DNA of 35,175 bases. It comes from an uncultured Methanosarcinales archaeon. GTDB lineage: Archaea; Nanobdellota; Nanobdellia; Woesearchaeales; JAGVZT01. Below are positions 9,270-16,746 of the stretch, one piece after another. The stretch lies in assembly GCA_964419615.1 (NCBI GenBank), contig CAYQPU010000016.1:1-35175 (forward strand). The letters are read 5' to 3'. The notes below the pieces were generated by a model, which saw only the letters and a list, made by a program, of their open reading frames with translations, was not told where the DNA came from and did no database searches. The position numbers and the translations under genes were made by a program. Each line of letters begins with the position of its first letter. Positions within the stretch are counted from its first letter, which is position 1.

Positions 9270-9863
9270 ATGGAGCAAAAGTGGGTAAATAGCATTATCT
9301 TTATTTGTATCATTCTGGTTGTTTTCCAAGTATTATCAACATATGTACATTATGCAAATCAACCTAAACCTGATCCTTTGTTAGAGAAGCCAGAAGAAGT
9401 ACAAATACAAAATGAAGAAGTTAAGGATTTAGCAGATCCTGTAGTCCATTTACCAGAAACACATCAGATTTTACTCTATGAACAATCAGTTGATCCTGAA
9501 AATGTCATAATCAAAAAAGGAGATACTGTTAAATGGACAAATATGGGGAAAAATAGAAGAAGATTCTGGATTAATGAAGAAATTTATTCAGATCTATTGG
9601 AACCAGAACAAAGTTATGAATACACATTTGAAAAATCAGGAGATAACATCTATAGAGATGTGTTTAATGGTTTGGTTAGGGGTAACATAACTGTTGAGAA
9701 AAAAGAGATTGATCAATTAACAGGAAATTTAATGAAAAACATACCTCCCAAATACAAAAACATTGTTGGTGCACAACTATTGCTTCTTTTGTTAGGTCTT
9801 GCGTTATTTGTTTATCCTTATAAAACAAAGAAAACTAAAAAGACGAAATCAAAAAAGAAATAA
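9270..9863 (+). CDS. Membrane-anchored cupredoxin-fold protein lacking copper ligands
   Basis: N- and C-terminal TM segments; PENVIIKKGDTVKWTN and LEPEQSYEYTFEKSG are plastocyanin-like; Lys-rich tail. Confidence 0.75.
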   Translation: MEQKWVNSIIFICIILVVFQVLSTYVHYANQPKPDPLLEKPEEVQIQNEEVKDLADPVVHLPETHQILLYEQSVDPENVIIKKGDTVKWTNMGKNRRRFWINEEIYSDLLEPEQSYEYTFEKSGDNIYRDVFNGLVRGNITVEKKEIDQLTGNLMKNIPPKYKNIVGAQLLLLLLGLALFVYPYKTKKTKKTKSKKK

Positions 9864-9865
9864 AT

Positions 9866-9964
9866 TTACACCTTCTTTTTTACCGTTCTTCTTGGACCTC
9901 CTGTTTTGTAAACTTTTTTGTATCTCTTCTTCTTTCTATCAATAGGGTAACTGTCATCTACCAT
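9866..9964 (-). CDS. 32-aa basic small protein, below the ORF-track cutoff
   Basis: ATG..TAA encoding MVDDSYPIDRKKKRYKKVYKTGGPRRTVKKKV; AT-rich TATA-like sequence about 20-30 nt upstream. Confidence 0.55.
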   Translation of the reverse strand: MVDDSYPIDRKKKRYKKVYKTGGPRRTVKKKV

Positions 9965-10020
9965 TAATATACTCAATATTATAAAACTTTAAATATTCTT
10001 TTATTTAATATTTATATGAC

Positions 10021-10488
10021 ATGGCAAGATTATTCTTTGGAATAATGTATTCAGATCAGACTGTTCTTTTGAAAGTATTAACCAAACTAAAAGTCCAGCA
10101 TGGGATTACATTAAAGGAAAACAAAGAATTTGATTTTGATTTCACAAATTACTACTTAAAAGAATTTGGGGAAAACCTAAAAAAAATATTTGTTGTATTT
10201 GACAAGCAAATAAAGTTAAAGGATTTGGTTAAAATAAAAAAAGATTCAATCCAACTTGAAGCTGAATTCAAAACTAATAAAAAAAGAGTAATCAACATTG
10301 ATCCTGGTTGTATTGGAAACAAAGTGTTGGTTGCAACAACAAAAAATCTTTCACATAGAATTCATATTGGTGATAACATTTATTATGATAAACAATTAGA
10401 ATTAAAAAATAAACCAATCACATTTAAGACAACTTTTGCAGACTACAAAAAATCAAAAGAATTCTTTTTTAAGATTTCTTCTTTGTAG
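10021..10488 (+). CDS. DUF4416-family protein
   Basis: RVINIDPG, VATTKNLSHRIHIG and TFADY match my recollection of the DUF4416 consensus. Confidence 0.7.
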   Translation: MARLFFGIMYSDQTVLLKVLTKLKVQHGITLKENKEFDFDFTNYYLKEFGENLKKIFVVFDKQIKLKDLVKIKKDSIQLEAEFKTNKKRVINIDPGCIGNKVLVATTKNLSHRIHIGDNIYYDKQLELKNKPITFKTTFADYKKSKEFFFKISSL

Positions 10489-10810
10489 TCTTTTTCTTAG
10501 TAGATTTCTTTTTTGTGGTTTTTTTCTTTTTACCAGGTCTTTTTCTTGTTTTCTGTTTCAGCTGATTTATTTCTTGTTTTGTTAAGATTCCTGTTTCTTC
10601 AACAAGTTCATAAAAATGACCTTCGACCATCCCCGCGACTTTTTTATGAGATTTGACAGAATGCCTCACAATATCCTTAGCCATTTTTTTTGCTGCTTTC
10701 TCATTTAATCCATAATGCTTTTTCAAATCTTTTGTAAGAAGTTCTACTCTGTCCTTTCCAATATGTGCCAACCCAAATCCCGCTTTTATTATTGTTCCAA
10801 AGATATCCAT
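10469..10810 (-). CDS. Phasin-like (COG3937-type) protein with Lys-rich tail
   Basis: AGFGLAHIGKDRVE...LNEKAAKKMAKD helical pattern; ATG at 10810 follows GAGGTGA; lies directly downstream of the ABC1 kinase. Confidence 0.6.
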   Translation of the reverse strand: MDIFGTIIKAGFGLAHIGKDRVELLTKDLKKHYGLNEKAAKKMAKDIVRHSVKSHKKVAGMVEGHFYELVEETGILTKQEINQLKQKTRKRPGKKKKTTKKKSTKKKTTKKKS

Positions 10811-10858
10811 TTTTATCACCTCTTATTATCCCTTACACAATATAAATAACTTTCTCTT

Positions 10859-12517
10859 TCAATTAACCCTATGTTTCAAAATGTACAAAAGGATTATTAA
10901 AGCTAGCCCCAGTTCAATATAACCAATATGAATGCCTCTAACCATAATTTCTTTTTCGTTTACTAATAAATAAGTTGAAGACACAATTAGTACTGCTGCA
11001 ATAATAGCCAAAGCTTTTACCAAATCACTATAATAATTAGCCATTCCCATTCTCTTAACAGAAGATTCATCAAACTTCACATTAAATCCTCCTGATTCTA
11101 CTTTTTCAATAACTTTCATCAAGTGATTAGGAAGATGTTCATAATATTCTCTATTCTTCTTTAAATCAATTAATGTTTTTTCAGCTAATTTGACTGGGTC
11201 ATATCTTGAAACAATCATCTTCTCAAACCAAGGCTTAAATAATTCCTCTGCATTAAATTCAGGATAAATCTGTAAACCAATACCTTCAAAGTCAAGCAAA
11301 GCTTTACCTACTAATACAAATTCTGATGGAAAAACAACTCCCTCTCGTGAACCAATTTTAATTAAGTCATACAAAGACCTTACAAAACTTGCTTCATTTA
11401 CTGACTTTCCATACCAATTTTCAATAATTTTTTTGCCTTGTTCTCTGAACTGTTCTTCATTAGAATTGTCTGTTTGTTCACATATTTTAACAGCTCGATC
11501 TAAAACTGATTTAGTATTATGTTCAATAATATCAATAAAAAATTCACATATTTCCTTTCTTAAGTCAGATTCCAAAATTCCAACAATTCCAAAATCAAAT
11601 AATAATGGCACTTCTTTTTTTAAAACATAAATATTCCCTGGGTGAGGATCCCCATGAAAGAACCCATCCTCAAAGATCATTTTTCCAAGTGCATTAGCCA
11701 AATTTTCAGCAAATCGCTTCTTTTTAGTTATTGTATTAAATTTGTAATCTTTAATGTGGGATCCCTTAACATACTCCATTACCAATAATTTATCTGTTGT
11801 AAATTCATCATATACTTTAGGTATCCTTACATTTTCCCCAGTCATATTTTTTCTAAAACGTCTCATGTATTTTGCTTCTTGACAAAAATCTAACTCTCTA
11901 AAAGTCCAATCTGCAAATTCTCTTACAATATCAACTGGTCTAATATTTTTCAATGATTTATTATGTTTCTCAAGAATTTTGGCAATAAAAAAGAAGATAT
12001 GAATATCCTTTGTCATTAGTTCTCTAATCAGCGGTTTTTGAACTTTGATTACAACCTTTTTGTTTGGTTTTAAGGTGGCCAGATGAACTTGAGCAATAGA
12101 GGCAGAAGCAATTGGTTTTTCATTGATGTCAACAAAAGTGTCCTTTATCTTTTTACCTAATTCTTTTTCAATTACACTTTTGATCTTGCTAAATTCTATT
12201 TCAGTGGTATGTTCCTGTAATTTCTCAAACTCTTTAATATATTCAGGTGGGACCAGATCTGGTCTAACACTTAATATTTGACCAAGTTTAATAAAAGTTG
12301 GGCCAAGCCTTTCAAAAGCTTGTCTTAATCTAGTAGCTTTAGACCTTCTTATTGATCTTTTAGCTCTATTTGCTTTATTAGTCTCTTTTACTCGAGAATG
12401 AAACTTAAGATCCTTAATCAAGTAATCAAAACCTTCTTCAAAAAAGACTCCTAATATCTCATCAAATCTTTTTATTTCTTTAATATCCCTAATTAGGTGA
12501 GACATAATCTCATTCAT
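10859..12517 (-). CDS. ABC1/AarF/UbiB-family atypical kinase
   Basis: FIKLGQ (KxGQ), IASASIAQVH, VIKVQKP, FFHGDPHPGN, DFG; two C-terminal TM helices. Confidence 0.95.
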   Translation of the reverse strand: MNEIMSHLIRDIKEIKRFDEILGVFFEEGFDYLIKDLKFHSRVKETNKANRAKRSIRRSKATRLRQAFERLGPTFIKLGQILSVRPDLVPPEYIKEFEKLQEHTTEIEFSKIKSVIEKELGKKIKDTFVDINEKPIASASIAQVHLATLKPNKKVVIKVQKPLIRELMTKDIHIFFFIAKILEKHNKSLKNIRPVDIVREFADWTFRELDFCQEAKYMRRFRKNMTGENVRIPKVYDEFTTDKLLVMEYVKGSHIKDYKFNTITKKKRFAENLANALGKMIFEDGFFHGDPHPGNIYVLKKEVPLLFDFGIVGILESDLRKEICEFFIDIIEHNTKSVLDRAVKICEQTDNSNEEQFREQGKKIIENWYGKSVNEASFVRSLYDLIKIGSREGVVFPSEFVLVGKALLDFEGIGLQIYPEFNAEELFKPWFEKMIVSRYDPVKLAEKTLIDLKKNREYYEHLPNHLMKVIEKVESGGFNVKFDESSVKRMGMANYYSDLVKALAIIAAVLIVSSTYLLVNEKEIMVRGIHIGYIELGLALIILLYILKHRVN

Positions 12518-12652
12518 AAAATATGTGTATAAAAAGGTTGTGGAATACTATGTGTATTCCAAACATCTGGAAATTGTCAAGAATCAAATATTCTTGATCA
12601 TGAAGATAATTCTTTGAATTCTGACACTTAGTTTTCCATTTGGTTTTGAAAG

Positions 12653-12741
12653 TGAGCCTGCAGGGATTCGAACCCCGACTAAGTGGTTTCCTCAGTAAAA
12701 ACTACCGAAGCCACTCGTGCTTTCCATTACACTACAGGCTC
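12653..12741 (-). tRNA. tRNA-Arg(UCG) with a 17-nt canonical intron (12688..12704)
   Basis: Acceptor GAGCCTG/CAGGCTC, anticodon stem AGTGG/CCACT, loop CT-TCG-G|A, T-arm CGGGG-TTCGAAT-CCCTG, A20 in the D-loop. Bulge-helix-bulge: CTTC/GAGG helix and AGT/ACT outer helix. No encoded CCA. Confidence 0.95.
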
Positions 12742-13503
12742 ATAAGCTGATTTAGGATCAAATTTTCCACTTAATATATCTTTTCTGTTTTGGTAATTTG
12801 TATTAGGTGGACAATGTCCAAATCTTTTCCATATTAAATATCTTGAATATTTGTAGTGGTTACTTGAACCAATTAAACTCATCCATTTGTTGATTGCATT
12901 GATACCAGTTATTTGGAGTTTATATTTTAAGCTTTCTGTTTCTTTTTTTGGTGTGCAATTATATAACTTGCATTTCAGACTTATTCTTTCTGACAAAACT
13001 TGAATTCCTTTTGCTAATGGTTTGGAACATGTAGTAAACATAATTCGAGGATAATAATTAAATTTCTGCTGAAATCTGCTTTTATTTTTAACCTTTCTAT
13101 CAAATGTAAAGCACCCATCTGTATCACAGTAACCTCTTAGAAACGCACACCAAATCTTAGAATAATTACTATTTACAACTTGTTTGGGAATTTCAACAAT
13201 AGAACTTTTTTTCCCAGAGGGAAATCCAAATTCAATTAGATTCTTTATTAATTCTCCACTACTTGTCCTAAACCCATAAGTGTTCCTGGGAAGATAATAT
13301 CTTCCTTTTAATTTCAAGTTGAAAGTTCTATTAAATAAAGGGATTACATGATTATCATAATATTGTTTCTCATCAATGTGACCACTTAAATCAAATTCTT
13401 TATGTTTATTTTTATACCTCAAATAACCATCTCCTGCATGAATTCCACAAATCTCTGACAGTTCAGGACTTATTGTATATTTCATACTTGTCATTTTAAT
13501 CAC
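12727..13503 (-). CDS. Free-standing two-motif LAGLIDADG endonuclease-family protein
   Basis: ICGIHAGDG and FLRGYCDTDG motifs about 100 aa apart; the stop codon lies inside the tRNA-Arg gene. Confidence 0.85.
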   Translation of the reverse strand: MIKMTSMKYTISPELSEICGIHAGDGYLRYKNKHKEFDLSGHIDEKQYYDNHVIPLFNRTFNLKLKGRYYLPRNTYGFRTSSGELIKNLIEFGFPSGKKSSIVEIPKQVVNSNYSKIWCAFLRGYCDTDGCFTFDRKVKNKSRFQQKFNYYPRIMFTTCSKPLAKGIQVLSERISLKCKLYNCTPKKETESLKYKLQITGINAINKWMSLIGSSNHYKYSRYLIWKRFGHCPPNTNYQNRKDILSGKFDPKSAYEPVV

Positions 13504-13745
13504 ACATTCAACTTTGATTGAACTTTAATAAATGATTTTCTAATGGTTCGAAAATTATAATTTTAACATTCAATTTTTTTGTAAGATTAAACATAAGATC
13601 AAGTTATGAGAAATAAGTTAATAAGTCCCACGTCTTAATGTCCAGTGGATTACCTTATCTATATATATATAATTATCTTACTGGCTCAAAAACAGAATTG
13701 AGAATTATCTATATAAATTTAATTGAAATAATAAAGTAAAAAAAA

Positions 13746-14027
13746 TTATTTCTTAATTAGGGTGATCTCAATTGTAGAAACCCTAACATCTTTACCTTCT
13801 TTGTTTTCAAATTCTTCTGAATTTATTTCTATGTTAGTAATCTCAGATTGTCCCAGTAAAAACCTCTTAGTTGCAACTTCAGCCACATCAACTGCCCTTG
13901 AAATAAATTTACCTCTGGCCTTGATAGTAACTTCTTTTGCATTTTGCACAGTGAACTGCATAACTACAGCAGTTACATAGTTCATAAAAGGCTTGTTGCC
14001 AACAAAAATAGAGTTGTCTGCAGCCAT
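13746..14027 (-). CDS. albA: DNA/RNA-binding protein Alba
   Basis: IFVGNKPFMNYV, IKARGKFISRAVDVAE, VSTIEI. Confidence 0.96.
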   Translation of the reverse strand: MAADNSIFVGNKPFMNYVTAVVMQFTVQNAKEVTIKARGKFISRAVDVAEVATKRFLLGQSEITNIEINSEEFENKEGKDVRVSTIEITLIKK

Positions 14028-14040
14028 TTCTCATCCCTCC

Positions 14041-14229
14041 TTAGCTCTTTGTTTTTACTAATCTAGTAACATAACCTGCAATAACGTTTCTGAGCTTTTT
14101 CGATTCTACATCTGTAAACTTTGTAACTATTTGTTTATTTTCTTCAAAATCTTTCTTAAACTCGCTTCCGTGCTCATTTACGAGCTCATTAGAGATTCTC
14201 TTTGTCAACTTTGTTTTTATTCTTCCCAT
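14041..14229 (-). CDS. rps17e: 30S ribosomal protein S17e
   Basis: MGRIKTK, DFEENK, SKKLRNVIAGYVTR. Confidence 0.97.
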   Translation of the reverse strand: MGRIKTKLTKRISNELVNEHGSEFKKDFEENKQIVTKFTDVESKKLRNVIAGYVTRLVKTKS

Positions 14230-14257
14230 GTTTCTATATGTAAGGAGTCAAATTTTG

Positions 14258-14273
14258 TTTATAAACCTTTCGG
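14258..14273 (-). promoter_or_regulatory. BRE + TATA promoter of rps17e-alba
   Basis: The minus strand reads CCGAAAG-G-TTTATAAA, ending 28 nt before the rps17e ATG. Confidence 0.7.
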
Positions 14274-14350
14274 CGTTTCGGCTGAAAATATTGTTTTTAC
14301 AGGCTCAAAACCTTAAATCTGAAGAGTAAACGTTCTTAAACTAAAAAATA

Positions 14351-14377
14351 CCGAAAGATATATATATATATATATAT
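14351..14377 (+). promoter_or_regulatory. BRE followed by an (AT)10 microsatellite acting as TATA region
   Basis: CCGAAAG then ATATATATATATATATATAT (14358..14377), 39 nt before the ATG at 14417. Confidence 0.6.
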
Positions 14378-14416
14378 GAAATCATTACACAGTAGTAAAA
14401 ACAATGGTGTTTAATA

Positions 14417-15610
14417 ATGAAATTTAGATTAATTATATTTTTGGTATTAATACTCCTAATTAGCACAACTGTGCAAGCATTAAGTTCATATACTGTTTTA
14501 GATAATTCACTTTCTTCATGTTCTTGTATAATAATCTCAAACCCTATTTTTATTGAGAATATGGGTTTATCTATGGAATTTTATTCTGTAACTCAAGAAG
14601 GAACTGCTGCGGATTGGGCAAAGGTATTTCCAGCAACATTAAGCCTAAAACCTGGAGAAACCATTGAAATCACCAATTTAATTAATCCACCTTGTGGTGT
14701 TTTTGGAAATTATGAATTAATAACAAATATTGTGTCCACAAATGATCAGAGATCATTTAAACAAGATATTGAATTAAATAACTGTGCAAATTATAAAATC
14801 TCAGCTGGCACACTTTCAAAACAGGGATGTAGCTGTGTTTCTTATGAATTTGATTTTTGGATAACAAATACTGGAAATTATGATGAAACATTTGATCTTA
14901 GTACATCCAAACTGTCCCAATATTCAACAGTAACATCTCCAATCATGTTAGCACCAGGAGAGTCTGAACAAGTAGTAATTTACATAAGTCCCTGTGAGGA
15001 ATATGGGAAACAGGATTTAACTGTTAATATTGTTTCAGATATATCAAAATTTAAAGCAGAAGTTCCAATAAGTTTAGAATTAGAAAACTGCCAAGATACA
15101 CAAGATACAAATTCAACTCAAATTAATAAGAAAGATATAATCTCAAATGGGAAAAAAGTTTTGTTAGGGATGATTGCGTTCTTTGGGCTGATTCTTTTGA
15201 TATTAGTCTTAATATTCATTATCAAACCAAAGGCAAAAACTTACTACAAAAAAATTAAAATAAAACCATCTAAAAGAAAAAAGAAGTTTCCTTGGAAAAA
15301 AATTCTATTAATACTTCTTATTTTACTAGCAATAAGTGTATTTGCATTAACTATGTTTAAGCTAATTAAATACTTACTAAATACTCTTTCACCAATAACA
15401 CCAATTATTCCAACAAATTTTACAAACAAAACATCTCCAGTAAAATCCATTAAACCAAAAATATCTGGTTTTCCAGTAATCTTTTTGAAAAGTGTTTTTA
15501 ACTTTGTAAAAAACTTGTTAATTAAATATTACCCATACATGCTTTTAGGATTAATAGTTCTTGCAGTCATAATTTTGGTTTTAACTCTAATTAAGAAAAA
15601 GAGAAAATAG
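14417..15610 (+). CDS. Cell-surface protein with two Cys-patterned Ig-like repeats and C-terminal TM anchors
   Basis: N-terminal signal peptide; two roughly 90-aa repeats (CSC..I.N.G..L.PGE..PC..G..NC); hydrophobic segments separated by Lys-rich linkers. Confidence 0.8.
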   Translation: MKFRLIIFLVLILLISTTVQALSSYTVLDNSLSSCSCIIISNPIFIENMGLSMEFYSVTQEGTAADWAKVFPATLSLKPGETIEITNLINPPCGVFGNYELITNIVSTNDQRSFKQDIELNNCANYKISAGTLSKQGCSCVSYEFDFWITNTGNYDETFDLSTSKLSQYSTVTSPIMLAPGESEQVVIYISPCEEYGKQDLTVNIVSDISKFKAEVPISLELENCQDTQDTNSTQINKKDIISNGKKVLLGMIAFFGLILLILVLIFIIKPKAKTYYKKIKIKPSKRKKKFPWKKILLILLILLAISVFALTMFKLIKYLLNTLSPITPIIPTNFTNKTSPVKSIKPKISGFPVIFLKSVFNFVKNLLIKYYPYMLLGLIVLAVIILVLTLIKKKRK

Positions 15611-16738
15611 TTTGTGGATTATTCCCACCATAAATAAGATAATAACAACCGTTCTTAATAATAATCCTGCTTTGATTGAGTACTCCGGTTTTCTATCTCC
15701 CTTTGTTTGAGCCTTCTTGTGCATAAGGACAATTAAAGTTCCATTAATTCCACCAATTATAACTCCTGAAATACCTATCACTTGTATAAAACTTGTTAAA
15801 TTAGTTACAGATATGATAAAAGGAATAATGAGTGTAAATAAAAAAGCCTGATTTTTGGTTTTCTTAAGATCATACTCAAACATTTCCATTAATGCTACAG
15901 CAGACACAATAAAAGAAGCAATCATTCCACAAAGTGCAAATAGATTACCAAAAATAAACATATGCTTACCAACATATTGTCCTATTGCAATTGTGGCTAT
16001 CCTTTGATTTGAATCAAGTGAATTAAATCCGGATGTTCCAACAATTCCTACAACAATTATTGTAAATGCAATATACACAATAACTGGAATGAGCATTCCC
16101 ATAAAAATTGATTTTTTCAGTGATTTCTTGTTTTTTATGAGTTCTTCTCTCATTTCAGGAATAGCTGAAGTTCCCATGTAAGCAAATAAAATCACACCAT
16201 AGGGAACTAATAATTTTGTTAAATCAAAACTCTTTAAATTTGCTGGATCAACTTTACTTATTCCAAAACCACATATCAATACAACACAGATTATGATTAA
16301 TGTTGTAAGAATAACCTCTGATTTTTCCAGGCCCTTAATCCCAGAATAAACAATAAGTGATCCTATCACAAAGAAACCAATACTAAATCCTAAGCTTGAG
16401 CCTCCAAATATGGCTTGCATAGATATTCCAATTCCTATAATATATGCAATCAAAGCGCCATAAGCTCCAATTATCATTGAAACTGAGGCTATAGTCTTTC
16501 CAATCTTCCCAAGGTATTTTTCAGCATATCCTGTAAGTTGATGAATTCCTTTTGTTCTAAGAGTAACTTCACCATAGAGCATGTAAATTATCAACACTAA
16601 AGCTCCAATCAATAATAAATCAAAAATTCCAGTAAGTAATCCTGCTTGAGAAACAACATAAGGAATACCAAGCACACCAGCTCCTATTACTGCTCCTGCT
16701 AGAGTTGATATTGCCTGCAAAACCTCTTTTTTTCCCAT
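15587..16738 (-). CDS. Aromatic amino acid (Trp/Tyr permease-like, APC superfamily) transporter
   Basis: STLAGAVIGAGVLGIPY, YGEVTLRT, PYGVILFAY...IPE; about 11 TM segments. Start set at ATG 16738 because the longer ORF runs through the tRNA-Trp gene. Confidence 0.85.
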   Translation of the reverse strand: MGKKEVLQAISTLAGAVIGAGVLGIPYVVSQAGLLTGIFDLLLIGALVLIIYMLYGEVTLRTKGIHQLTGYAEKYLGKIGKTIASVSMIIGAYGALIAYIIGIGISMQAIFGGSSLGFSIGFFVIGSLIVYSGIKGLEKSEVILTTLIIICVVLICGFGISKVDPANLKSFDLTKLLVPYGVILFAYMGTSAIPEMREELIKNKKSLKKSIFMGMLIPVIVYIAFTIIVVGIVGTSGFNSLDSNQRIATIAIGQYVGKHMFIFGNLFALCGMIASFIVSAVALMEMFEYDLKKTKNQAFLFTLIIPFIISVTNLTSFIQVIGISGVIIGGINGTLIVLMHKKAQTKGDRKPEYSIKAGLLLRTVVIILFMVGIIHKLFSLFLN

Positions 16739-16746
16739 AGTAAAAA

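Noticed and set aside
12727-13503. Intein or intron-encoded endonuclease
   Set aside because: There is no host extein, no Cys/Ser start with His-Asn end, and the tRNA intron is only 17 nt.
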